Made by a program: the position numbers and the translations under genes
The notes under the pieces: model-generated
The model's input: only the letters and a program-made list of their open reading frames with translations
What the model was told of the DNA's origin: nothing
Databases searched by the model: none
Assembly (NCBI GenBank): GCA_031288595.1
Contig: JAITRB010000005.1
Coordinates: forward strand, 13,373 to 45,372
Direction: 5' to 3'
Source of the DNA: Puniceicoccales bacterium
GTDB lineage: Bacteria > Verrucomicrobiota > Verrucomicrobiia > Opitutales > JAIRLG01
DNA: 32,000 bases
Part shown: piece by piece, positions 1 through 8,162 of the stretch
How the letters are laid out: each line of letters begins with the position of its first letter
Position numbering within the stretch: the first letter of the stretch is position 1

Positions 1-47
1 GATTTACATTCCGCAGGTCATAGGTTCGAGTCCTATGCCGCCCACCA
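1..47 (+). tRNA. 3' part of a tRNA, probably tRNA-Val(UAC); 5' part lies outside the window
   Basis: T-arm ATAGG-TTCGAGT-CCTAT (20-36). Acceptor 3' strand GCCGCCC, discriminator A and encoded CCA (37-47). 5-nt variable loop AGGTC (15-19). The 7-nt loop TTTACAT (3-9) places TAC in the anticodon position. Confidence 0.7.
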
Positions 48-128
48 GAATTTTTAATCTGAATCCATAGGGCTTTGGGGCTTTTTGGGGGAAGTTTTGC
101 TTTGGGGATAAAAGGCGAGGTGTGTCCG

Positions 129-227
129 CTGTGGCTGTCTTTGCAACAGGAAAAAATTTCCCCAGAAATTTTTCCTGTTGTGGCCCGCGCCGCGGGCGAT
201 TCCTTTGGAACCCAAAGACAGCCACAG
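129..227 (-). repeat. Cloverleaf palindromic element, copy A (GCTGTCTTTG-type closing stem, long arm first on + strand)
   Basis: Closing helix CTGTGGCTGTCTTTG (129-143) / CAAAGACAGCCACAG (213-227), 15 bp perfect. Internal hairpins at 144-180 (CAACAGGAAAAAATTT / AAATTTTTCCTGTTG), 183-197 (GCCCGC-GCC-GCGGGC) and 198-212 (GATTCC-TTT-GGAACC). Confidence 0.85.
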
Positions 228-290
228 AATCATCCCAAGAGCCTCCCAGGCCGAGCTCCAGAGCGAGCATCTTTGGGCTGAATCTAATCC

Positions 291-935
291 TCAACTCTCG
301 CTGTTCTGGAGCCGATAGAAGAGGATAAGTCGCTCTCTGAGTTTTTCGCCGTAGTGCCGGTCGGAGGCCCAGCGGCCAGCGAGGTCGTAAAGGGTACGAG
401 CAGAGCCCCTTGAAACAAAGTGAAATCGCGGGTCGACGCAGGGATTTTTTAGCGCCTCTCTAGACCCGTAGGCCTTGAGGTGCTGGATATGTGCCCGTAT
501 CCCCTCGCGGACGCTGCGGAAGCTCACCCCATGGGCGCCATCATCCGTCGCCCCCAGGCCGCAGAAATTGTTTTGACTCGCCCTGACCTGCCCTCTGAAG
601 CGGAGATAGCCTGTTTCCAGAGACATCTGGGCGAAGGCGAGGTCGTGATTGACCCCTTCGGCCCTGCTCTCTTCCAGATAGGCCCGAGCAATTTCCTGGA
701 TTTTCTCCTGGCTGAGCTGGGGGTTGTTCTGCCCCAATGCTCTTTCCATCGTCGTCAGCGTCAGTCTGCCCTGGCCCATGATCCGTGTGCTGATCCTCGT
801 CTGCCTATCCCTCTCTGGAAGAGGAAGTTTTGGCTCATTCCGGCTGCGCCGGTACTCCGTGACGAGGGCCGTGCAACCGCAGAGCAGGCCCAGGGCGAGA
901 AAGATTCCATGGCGCACCTTCATCGGGAATGTCAT
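291..935 (-). CDS. Lipoprotein with glucosaminidase (FlgJ/GH73-like, endo-beta-N-acetylglucosaminidase) domain
   Basis: 214-aa ORF with a lipobox-like N-terminus LALGLLCGC. The block ETGYLRF..NNFCGLGA..FRSVREGIRAHIQHLKAY resembles glucosaminidase-domain proteins. Its ATG overlaps the stop of the upstream gene (TCAT at 932-935 on + strand). Confidence 0.6.
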   Translation of the reverse strand: MTFPMKVRHGIFLALGLLCGCTALVTEYRRSRNEPKLPLPERDRQTRISTRIMGQGRLTLTTMERALGQNNPQLSQEKIQEIARAYLEESRAEGVNHDLAFAQMSLETGYLRFRGQVRASQNNFCGLGATDDGAHGVSFRSVREGIRAHIQHLKAYGSREALKNPCVDPRFHFVSRGSARTLYDLAGRWASDRHYGEKLRERLILFYRLQNSES

Positions 936-1876
936 AGCTCTAAAATCTCGAATACCCTGTCGATAACCTTGGGGACTGGCAAGGTCTTTAAATCCCCGCC
1001 AGCTGCCCGGATCCAGGCATTCGACGGACGGCTAGAGGGGTAGGGGCCAAAGCGCTTCGGATCCGTGGGGCCGTAGAGCCCAATGACGGGGGTTCCCATG
1101 CTGGCGGCGAGGTGGACGGGCCCACTGTCATTGGCCACGACGCAGCGCGCATGCCGTATAAGGGACAGAAGTTCTGCCAAATGGGTGCGCCCTCGCTCAT
1201 CCTCTAATCGAGGATGGGAAGCGAAAGCATTGTCTTTCCTGCAGCCAAGGATCTTTATGCTCCATCCGGCCGGTAGTCGCTCATCCTGGAGAAGACCCTG
1301 GGCGAGAAGGGGGAAAAGGGGCCATTCTTTCCCTCTGCCTCTAGCTTCCGGAAAAAGGGCAAGACTGGGGATCTCAGCTTCGGCTGCTGCTAGATGGGAC
1401 TGTCGCCAGTCGATGAGTCCTGTGACCGATGAGGAAAGGCCTAGGGTAGGCAGGAAATGTGCCAGAATGTCCATCGCATGGATCTCTTTGGCTAGGATTT
1501 GGGTCGGACCGATATGTTCTCGATAGGCTAAAAAGGCGCACTCCCGGGCATCGCTGCGACCGATTTTTCGCTTCGCTCGAGCCCCATAGGTCATGAGCGC
1601 CGTCCGCGCCAATCCCTGCATGTCCCAGACACTTTCGTATTCGGTGCGGCGAATCTCCCGAATTAGACGGAAAAAAGCCCCCAATCCTGCGTCTCGATGG
1701 AATTTATAGACGTGATCCGCTAGGCCCGAGTAGGCGATCAGGGGAGCTAAATCACTCCGAATAACCCAGTCAACGACGATCTCTGGTCTAGTCCAGCGCA
1801 AGGTCTGGATGATCGCCAAGGCGTGAATTACATCCCCTAGCGAAGACGGCTTGATGACCAGAAGCCGCTCCGGCAT
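932..1876 (-). CDS. Glycosyltransferase family 9 (LPS heptosyltransferase-like)
   Basis: 314 aa. N-terminal LLVIKPSSLGDVIHALAIIQTLR and C-terminal VANDSGPVHLAASMGTPVIGLYGPT blocks are typical of GT9 heptosyltransferases. Confidence 0.75.
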   Translation of the reverse strand: MPERLLVIKPSSLGDVIHALAIIQTLRWTRPEIVVDWVIRSDLAPLIAYSGLADHVYKFHRDAGLGAFFRLIREIRRTEYESVWDMQGLARTALMTYGARAKRKIGRSDARECAFLAYREHIGPTQILAKEIHAMDILAHFLPTLGLSSSVTGLIDWRQSHLAAAEAEIPSLALFPEARGRGKEWPLFPLLAQGLLQDERLPAGWSIKILGCRKDNAFASHPRLEDERGRTHLAELLSLIRHARCVVANDSGPVHLAASMGTPVIGLYGPTDPKRFGPYPSSRPSNAWIRAAGGDLKTLPVPKVIDRVFEILEL

Positions 1877-1891
1877 GAACGAGCCTTAGCC

Positions 1892-2629
1892 CTAACGGCG
1901 GCTGTGCAGCTTGGATAGCAGTCGTAGGATTTCCACGTAGAGCCAGACTAGGGTCACCATGAGCCCGAAGGCGGCGTACCACTCCAGCTCCTTCGGAGCT
2001 CCGCGACGGGATTGGCGGGCGATAAAATCGAAGTCAAGGACGAGGTTGAGAGCGGCCACGGAGACGACGAAAAGGCTGAAGACGATGCTGATGGGACTGG
2101 AGCTGTTCAAAACTCCGTGCCCCGTAAAGAGGCGGAAGAGTATATTCGCCAGGTAGACGAGCATGATGCCCATCGTGGCCGCGAAGAGGCCGATGGCGAA
2201 CCTCTCATTGACGCGGATGAGCTGGGTCTTGTAGACCACCAACATGGCGGCGAATACCCCAAAGGTCAGGGCGATAGCCTGCGTGACGATACCCGGATAG
2301 GAGCGTTCGAAGAGCAGGGAGATGCTGCCGAGTACTAGGCCTTCGAAGAGAGAATAGAGGGGGGCTGTAACTCTAGCGAGATTGGGTTTGAAGATGCCGA
2401 GCAGCGCGGTGGTGAAGGCGAGAATGCTGAAGAGCATCCCCTTTCCCATGAGCTCTTCGATGGAGGCATAGGGGGTCTTCCAGGCGAAAGCTGCCGATAG
2501 AAAAACCAGGCCGAGGCAAATGGCGGCCTTGTTGACGCAGCCGGAGATGCTCATGAAGGCCGTGGCAGCCGGTATGGCCTCAAAGGCGCGCTCCTGGAGG
2601 ACGGGATTCGACGTGCGCTCGTATTCCAT
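1892..2629 (-). CDS. Bax inhibitor-1/YccA-like integral membrane protein
   Basis: 245 aa. N-terminal RTSNPVL motif followed by about seven hydrophobic helices. Confidence 0.6.
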   Translation of the reverse strand: MEYERTSNPVLQERAFEAIPAATAFMSISGCVNKAAICLGLVFLSAAFAWKTPYASIEELMGKGMLFSILAFTTALLGIFKPNLARVTAPLYSLFEGLVLGSISLLFERSYPGIVTQAIALTFGVFAAMLVVYKTQLIRVNERFAIGLFAATMGIMLVYLANILFRLFTGHGVLNSSSPISIVFSLFVVSVAALNLVLDFDFIARQSRRGAPKELEWYAAFGLMVTLVWLYVEILRLLSKLHSRR

Positions 2630-2766
2630 AGGTGCAAATGATAGACAAAGACGAACTGAAGTAAAGGATATAGGGCAACTGGAGGAGCTGTCAACTCCGT
2701 CCTGCGCCCAGAGGTGGCCGAAGGGTGAGGGGAATCTTCAGCGCCAGGTGGATTTGGCGGCTCCCT

Positions 2767-4146
2767 TTATCCGATCTGGGCGAGACCCGCGAAGAAGTGG
2801 CGGAAGACGCGGTAAGCCTTGGTCATCATCGCGAGAGAGAGGTTTTCATTAGGTGCGTGGAGCCGGTTCTGGGAGGTGAAAAATCCGATCATCAGCGGAT
2901 TCATGCCGGTCGTCTCCTGAATGGTCTGCATCAGGGGAATGCTGCCGCCCTCGCGGGTGAGCAGGAGCGGCGTTCCCATGACGCGCTGAGTGGCCTTTTG
3001 CAGGAGCTGGAAAGCCTGGGCCAGAAGGGAGGGCGAACTGCCTTGGGATGACAGGGTCTCTAAAGGGAAACGATAGGGCTTTCCAAGGGCGTCGGGAAAT
3101 ATCGCGAGGCGGGCCCAGGGCGGACAGAGGGCCCGCAGGCGCTCCTGAAGTGACTTGAGGATCTTTCCAGGCGATTGCTCCGGCACCAGCCGGCACGAGA
3201 TCTTTGCCCGGGCAGTGGAGGGAATGACAGTCTTGACGCCCGGGCCTTGCCAGCCGGAGCCGAACCCATTGATCTCCAGGGTCGGAAGGAATTCCTGCGC
3301 ATAGGCTGCGGAGCCCTCATGGGGTGCGAAGGCCTCGATGCCCGCTTCGCGGCGCAGGGTCTCTTCCGAGAGGGGAGCATTTTCCAGAGATGCCAACTCC
3401 TCAGCCGAAGGTTCTCGCAGCTCGCTATAGAAATCTTCCACCGTCACCTTCCCGTTCGCGTCGTGCAGCTGGGCACAGATTTCGGCAAGCACCTGGGCGG
3501 CGTTCGGCATCGGCCCACCCATGCCGGAATGGAGATCTGTGGTGGCCGTTGTGACTTCGAATTCCAAGGTCAGGAGGCCCCGAAGGCCGGTTGTCAGGCT
3601 CAGGTGCTGCTCGTCGCAGGTCCCGGTATCGGAGAGCAGGAATAGCTCGGAGCGGAGCGCATCGCCGTGTGCTTTTAAAAATTCCTCCATGTGCGGACTG
3701 CCGATTTCCTCCTCTCCCTCCAGTAAGAGGCGGATATTCCAGGGGAAATTGGGATTTTCCTGCAGCCCCTGGACTAGGGCATGCAAGAGGATCGCATGGG
3801 CCCCCTTGTTGTCGGCGATGCCACGGCCATAGAGGGCATCGTGGCGAAGAGTGGGCGCAAAGGGCGGCGATTCCCAGAGCTCCAGTGGTTCTGGTGGCTG
3901 GACATCGTAATGCCCGTAGAGGAGAAGCGAGGGAGCTGCCGACGAGATCAGGCGCGAGGCCAGGAGAATGGGATGTTTTGCGGTGGCTATGGTCTGAACT
4001 TCGAAATGCTCCCGCCTCAGAAATTCGGAGATACAGTCCCGGGTATCCTGCATGCCCCGTTCACAGGTCGGGTCGCTGGAGATGCTGGGATAGCTGGCGT
4101 AGCGCCGGAGGAACTGGATGATGGGCTCGATTTCCTGGCAATCCAT
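2767..4146 (-). CDS. M20-family metallopeptidase (dipeptidase/ArgE-DapE-CPG2 type)
   Basis: 459 aa with the motifs LLYGHYDVQP, GRGIADNKG and EGEEEIGS. Confidence 0.8.
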   Translation of the reverse strand: MDCQEIEPIIQFLRRYASYPSISSDPTCERGMQDTRDCISEFLRREHFEVQTIATAKHPILLASRLISSAAPSLLLYGHYDVQPPEPLELWESPPFAPTLRHDALYGRGIADNKGAHAILLHALVQGLQENPNFPWNIRLLLEGEEEIGSPHMEEFLKAHGDALRSELFLLSDTGTCDEQHLSLTTGLRGLLTLEFEVTTATTDLHSGMGGPMPNAAQVLAEICAQLHDANGKVTVEDFYSELREPSAEELASLENAPLSEETLRREAGIEAFAPHEGSAAYAQEFLPTLEINGFGSGWQGPGVKTVIPSTARAKISCRLVPEQSPGKILKSLQERLRALCPPWARLAIFPDALGKPYRFPLETLSSQGSSPSLLAQAFQLLQKATQRVMGTPLLLTREGGSIPLMQTIQETTGMNPLMIGFFTSQNRLHAPNENLSLAMMTKAYRVFRHFFAGLAQIG

Positions 4147-4260
4147 AAAAATATCTGTATGCGGAGCAGTTCTATAGGGTTCCAGAGGAGAGAAGGCAAT
4201 CCAGTTCTGGATGGCCGAGGGGATTTAGCCTGGGTTTGCTGGATGAGGGGGCTTAGGGAG

Positions 4261-4358
4261 GTCGGCTGGCTTTTGATGCCAAAGGCATCGGGCCCGCGGA
4301 GCGGGCCCACAGTGGAGGCCAGGACTCTGTCCTGGCCTCCACTGAAAAGCCAGCCGAC
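4261..4358 (+). repeat. Cloverleaf palindromic element, copy F (unique closing stem)
   Basis: Closing helix GTCGGCTGGCTTTT (4261-4274) / AAAAGCCAGCCGAC (4345-4358), 14 bp perfect. Hairpins GATGCC-AAA-GGCATC (4275-4289), GGGCCCGC-GGA-GCGGGCCC (4290-4308) and CAGTGGAGGCCAGGA-CTCTG-TCCTGGCCTCCACTG (4310-4344). Confidence 0.85.
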
Positions 4359-4424
4359 AGCACCTTGGCCCCGCGATTTTTTCCAGGAGCCTCCCGAGTA
4401 GCTCTAAAAATTTCAAAGAATGGA

Positions 4425-5261
4425 TCACAGAAAATACCTCTCCTGCCTTTCGGAGATCGGCCGGCCCACCCGTCGCATGACCGCCAGCATATCCTCCCAG
4501 ACGAGCCGCTTCGTGGCGCTGGTCTGGTTCCGCAGCAGGTAGGAGGGATGGAAGGTGACCATGAGAGGGATGTCTTGAAAGAAATACCACTGGCCACGGC
4601 AGAGGGTGATTCTCCGCTGGCTGTCGTATCCCAGAAGCCCGTTGACCGCAGTAGCCCCCAGTGCGACGATGACTTGGGGTTGGACGATCTCCAGCTGGGC
4701 CCGAAGATAGGGCAGGCAATGTTCCATCTCTTCCTGTGTAGGCGGGCGATTTCCCTGTTCCGCCGAAGTCTCGGGTCGCCAGTTCATGATGTTCGTGATG
4801 TAGACCTCCTCTCGCGTCAGACCCATGGCGAGGATAATTTTCGTCAGCAGCTGCCCCGCACGCCCGACGAAGGGAATGCCCTGGATTTCCTCATCTGCCC
4901 CGGGCGCTTCGCCGCAGAAGAGAATGTCCGCTTCCAGATTCCCAACGCCAAAAACCAGCTGTTTGCCCGGCCGCAGATGCCGCTGAAAATCTCTGGAATT
5001 CAGTACCTGTGCGCGAAGCCATTCCCACTGTTCCTGCTTAGGACCAGGGGGCAGAGATACGGCCATCGTGCCGTCGTCCAGTAGAGCTTGCTGCGAGGGC
5101 GGTGAGGGGATATGCTTGGAAGAGGACATGACTTGGGGAGTAGTTTTCAGAGTTTCCAGGAAGAATTGCCAGTTCTCGAGGCCGATGTAAATCTCTCGTT
5201 GGCCGGCCTCTCTCATCGACTGAAGTGTCCGGAGCAGAAGTGTGTGAGGTAAGTCGCCCAT
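4425..5261 (-). CDS. Uracil-DNA glycosylase, family 4, with an N-terminal extension of about 90 aa
   Basis: 278 aa with the motifs GEAPGADEE, FVGRAGQLL and HPSYLLRN. Confidence 0.8.
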   Translation of the reverse strand: MGDLPHTLLLRTLQSMREAGQREIYIGLENWQFFLETLKTTPQVMSSSKHIPSPPSQQALLDDGTMAVSLPPGPKQEQWEWLRAQVLNSRDFQRHLRPGKQLVFGVGNLEADILFCGEAPGADEEIQGIPFVGRAGQLLTKIILAMGLTREEVYITNIMNWRPETSAEQGNRPPTQEEMEHCLPYLRAQLEIVQPQVIVALGATAVNGLLGYDSQRRITLCRGQWYFFQDIPLMVTFHPSYLLRNQTSATKRLVWEDMLAVMRRVGRPISERQERYFL

Positions 5262-5348
5262 AAGCTTCTTTTAACGAAATTCATCCCACTTGGCAAGGCA
5301 TAAACCTTGCGCTTGCCAGGTATACGATTAGGCTTGTCCCTTGGAGAC

Positions 5349-6158
5349 ATGAAACGGCGATTTTATCTTCTTCTGGCAGGAGGGATTCCCTGGCCATTGG
5401 GGCTCCTGGGGACTGCAGATGAACCGACATCGGTGGCTGCGGTTCAGGTTCAAGAGAACACAACATCTGCAGGAGCTCTCATAGGCATGCCGAGTACTTC
5501 TGCGGTGGCGCGCACTCCGCCGGTGGCGGAACCAAAGCTGGACGAGGCAGCGGGACTGCAGGATGAAACCATCATCGAGACCTGGATGAGGGTTTTGATC
5601 CAAAATGCGCTGCGCTGTCTGCGGGAGAATCCCTGGAAGACCCTTTCTCGCCTGAAGTCGGCTCGGGGCCTGCTGCTGCTGGGGCCGGAAAAATTGGGAA
5701 GTCTGCTGGGGGTGCACGCCGGGGCGGCCCTCGGGTTTTACCGGAGAAGCGATGGACACTGGGGCCTTCCGGCCATCTACCAGGTCGAATCGAAATCGCC
5801 CATCAAATGGGGTGAGGTGAGCTCGCTGATTCTGCCCATCGAAGACGAGAAGACCCAGGTAAGCCTGCTGTTGCCCCAATGGCCCTGCGCGGTGGCGGCG
5901 AAAGCGCCGCCAAACTTCGGCCCCTCTTCGGAACTTGCCCAGGAGCTGGAGAAGGAGGAGAGTCCTTCGCTCTGGATTTTTCCGGAATCGAGGGATTTTC
6001 CCAAAAAGCTGGAGCTGATCTTCCACTTCAACCGCGAGATCAATGAGGAATTTTATGGGAAGGAAGGAATCCGGGCCGTGGATATTTTTTTTGACGATAC
6101 CGCTGAGCCAGCGCACCTGAGAGAATGGTGGAATTTTTTGAAAAAGGTCTTAAACTAG
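5349..6158 (+). CDS. Hypothetical secreted protein (weak SYLF/Ysc84-like pattern)
   Basis: The ORF track starts at TTG 5307. The first ATG (5349) gives a signal-like MKRRFYLLLAGGIPWPLGLLG. The central ARGLLLLGPEKLGS..GFYRRSDGHWGLPAIYQVES loosely resembles SYLF domains. The antisense ORF 5328-6116 is Arg-rich and looks non-coding. Confidence 0.5.
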   Translation: MKRRFYLLLAGGIPWPLGLLGTADEPTSVAAVQVQENTTSAGALIGMPSTSAVARTPPVAEPKLDEAAGLQDETIIETWMRVLIQNALRCLRENPWKTLSRLKSARGLLLLGPEKLGSLLGVHAGAALGFYRRSDGHWGLPAIYQVESKSPIKWGEVSSLILPIEDEKTQVSLLLPQWPCAVAAKAPPNFGPSSELAQELEKEESPSLWIFPESRDFPKKLELIFHFNREINEEFYGKEGIRAVDIFFDDTAEPAHLREWWNFLKKVLN

Positions 6159-6769
6159 AGGCCGTGAAGGGGGAATTCAGGCGGGCCCAGGGTTTTTTGC
6201 TCATCGAGGTCGTCGTGGCCCTGGCGGTTTTTGCCGTTTCAGCCGCCATCATCGTCCAGAGCTTCGCCAATGGGCTTGTGGCTAAGTACCAGCGGGAGAA
6301 CTCACCCGACGCGGGGGACCGGTTGCTGTTTCTGGTGGATCAGGTCTTTGAGCAGATCAGAGGGGGAAGGTCCAGCAAAGAGGACTTGGCCAACGGTGGG
6401 GAGATGCATTTCCCCGATGGGAGCTGTTGGCGCTGGAAGATGCTGTGCCAGCCAACGAATGTGCTGAATCTCTTCCAGATTTCCCTGGAGTTGATTCTCC
6501 CGAAGGGACAGGAGGAGTACCAGTTCTACCGTTGGGTGCCTGAGTGGAAGGATTGGGACCAGGAGACAAAGGCCAAGGAGTATTTTCAGAAAAATAAGGG
6601 AAAGGGCTTGGGGAAACCCAAGAAGTCTCGGAAGGGAAAAGCTCAAGTCTTGGGGTTTGTCTCTTCGCTGTCTTTGGATTCCGGAGGAATCGACCCGCGC
6701 AGCGGGCCCCAGGATAAAAACAAAAGGGAGTTTTGTTTTTATCCTGCAAAGACAGCGAAGTACTGCTGA
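6125..6769 (+). CDS. Prepilin-type N-terminal domain protein, GspI-like minor pseudopilin
   Basis: QGFLLIEVVVALAVFAVSAAIIV is a prepilin cleavage/methylation motif plus hydrophobic helix. An alternative GTG start at 6164 would give a 9-aa leader and remove the 34-nt overlap with the upstream gene. The last 35 or so codons and the stop lie inside repeat copy B. Confidence 0.6.
   Translation: MVEFFEKGLKLEAVKGEFRRAQGFLLIEVVVALAVFAVSAAIIVQSFANGLVAKYQRENSPDAGDRLLFLVDQVFEQIRGGRSSKEDLANGGEMHFPDGSCWRWKMLCQPTNVLNLFQISLELILPKGQEEYQFYRWVPEWKDWDQETKAKEYFQKNKGKGLGKPKKSRKGKAQVLGFVSSLSLDSGGIDPRSGPQDKNKREFCFYPAKTAKYC
6663..6760 (+). repeat. Cloverleaf palindromic element, copy B (GCTGTCTTTG-type)
   Basis: Closing helix CTTCGCTGTCTTTG (6663-6676) / CAAAGACAGCGAAG (6747-6760), 14 bp perfect. 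Hairpins GATTCC-GGA-GGAATC (6677-6691), GACCCGC-GCA-GCGGGCC (6692-6708) and CAGGATAAAAACAAAA-GGGAG-TTTTGTTTTTATCCTG (6710-6746, 16 bp perfect). Confidence 0.9.
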
Positions 6770-6885
6770 TCCACACTGGAAAACCCTATCTTGCTTCACC
6801 TTTCGATTCTCTGAATTCTCTGCAAAGAGCCGTAGGGCTGATGAGTGCTGGAGGGAAGCAGAGACGGCAATTCCCTTTCGCCCTT

Positions 6886-6905
6886 GACCCCAGGGGTCGC
6901 TTTTT
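6886..6905 (+). terminator. Weak intrinsic-terminator-like hairpin plus T-run
   Basis: GACCC-CAG-GGGTC followed by GCTTTTT. The stem is short (5-6 bp). It lies between repeat copies B and C, downstream of the pseudopilin-like ORF. Confidence 0.3.
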
Positions 6906-6936
6906 CAGTCTTCTGGAGATCCAGGTGTTCCGTTTC

Positions 6937-7032
6937 CCGCTGTCTTTGGATTCCAAAGGAATCGGTCCGCATAGCGGTCCCCAGGGGTAAAGGGAAGGCT
7001 TTGCCTTCCATTTACTCCTGCAAAGACAGCGG
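6937..7032 (+). repeat. Cloverleaf palindromic element, copy C (GCTGTCTTTG-type)
   Basis: Closing helix CCGCTGTCTTTG (6937-6948) / CAAAGACAGCGG (7021-7032). Hairpins GATTCC-AAA-GGAATC, GGTCCGC-ATA-GCGGTCC (one mismatch) and CAGGGGTAAAGGGAAGG-CTTTG-CCTTCCATTTACTCCTG (one G-T pair, one mismatch). Confidence 0.85.
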
Positions 7033-7058
7033 CGCTTGCCTGAAAACGCTCAGAATTT

Positions 7059-8162
7059 ATGCTGCGAGTGGGGATTGTTGGATTGCCCAATGTGGGGAAG
7101 AGCACGCTCTTCAATGCCCTGACGCGGACGTACAAGGCCGCAGCGGAGAATTATCCTTTCTGCACCATTGAGCCGAACGTGGGCATGGTCGAGGTGCCGG
7201 ACGGGCGCCTCGAACCTCTTAGGAAAATGGCCAAGACGGAGAAGGTGGTACCGGCCGTCATCGAGTTTGTCGATATCGCCGGTCTGGTAGCCGGTGCATC
7301 CCGAGGTGAGGGGCTCGGTAACCAATTCCTGGCCCACATCCGCGAGGTGGATGCCATCCTGCAGATCGTCCGCTGTTTTGAGGATGAGAGCATCGTCCAC
7401 ACGATGGGAGTGGTGGATCCGCTGCGGGACATCGGGATCATCCGTACAGAACTGCTGCTGGCTGATCTGCAATCAGCGGAGGGCCAGCTGGAGAAATGGC
7501 GCAAGAGGGCCCGCAGCGGCGAGAAGGAGGCGGTGGAGCAGGTGGGATTGCTGGAAAAAATCTGCGCCCAGCTGGACCAGGGGAAAGCCGTAGGGACCTC
7601 GGCGCTATCCGCTGAGGAACGGGCCCAGGCAGAAGTTTTCCATCTCCTGAGCTCGAAGCCGATGCTCCTCGCCTGCAACGTGGCCGAAGGGGATTTAAGT
7701 GATCCCTCGGCCAATCCTCATGTGGCCCAGGTGGGACGGCATCTCCGCGAGGAGGACGAGGGAGAGCTCTGTGTCGTGAGCGCCCGTATCGAGCAGGAGC
7801 TTACCGCCCTGTCTCCGGAGGACGCCCGGACCTATCTGGAGGCAATCGGTGTGGGGGATAGCGGCGTGGCCCAGCTGATCCAAAAGAGCTATGCCCTGTT
7901 AGGCCTAGCCTCCTATTTCACGGCCGGCGAGAAAGAGGTGCATGCCTGGACTTTTAGATGGGGGATGAAGGCACCAGCCTGTGCGGGTCTCATCCACGGC
8001 GATTTCGAGCGGGGATTCATCCGGGCGGAGGTGATCGGTTACGAGGACCTGAGAAGGGCCGGCTCGGTGGCCCGTGCTCGAGAACTAGGCACCTATCGCC
8101 TAGAGGGCAAGGATTACGAAGTGCGGGATGGCGATATCCTGGTCTTCCGCTTCAACGTATGA
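7059..8162 (+). CDS. ychF: Ribosome-binding ATPase YchF
   Basis: 367 aa. P-loop GLPNVGKSTLFNALT, then NYPFCTIEPNVG and DIAGLVAGASRGEGLGNQFL, plus a C-terminal YchF/TGS block HAWTFRWGMKAPACAGLIHGDFERGFIRAEV. Confidence 0.95.
   Translation: MLRVGIVGLPNVGKSTLFNALTRTYKAAAENYPFCTIEPNVGMVEVPDGRLEPLRKMAKTEKVVPAVIEFVDIAGLVAGASRGEGLGNQFLAHIREVDAILQIVRCFEDESIVHTMGVVDPLRDIGIIRTELLLADLQSAEGQLEKWRKRARSGEKEAVEQVGLLEKICAQLDQGKAVGTSALSAEERAQAEVFHLLSSKPMLLACNVAEGDLSDPSANPHVAQVGRHLREEDEGELCVVSARIEQELTALSPEDARTYLEAIGVGDSGVAQLIQKSYALLGLASYFTAGEKEVHAWTFRWGMKAPACAGLIHGDFERGFIRAEVIGYEDLRRAGSVARARELGTYRLEGKDYEVRDGDILVFRFNV

Noticed and set aside
61-110. G/T-rich stretch with three CTTTGGGG-like units just after the tRNA.
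   Set aside because: It is short, imperfect and low-complexity, consistent with a T-rich tRNA trailer. There is no evidence for a distinct element.
7958-8158. N-terminal 67-codon extension of the lpxB ORF, as listed in the ORF track.
   Set aside because: The extension lies entirely inside ychF in another frame and is Gly/Arg-rich. ATG 8159 gives an ATGA overlap with the ychF stop and a normal LpxB N-terminus.
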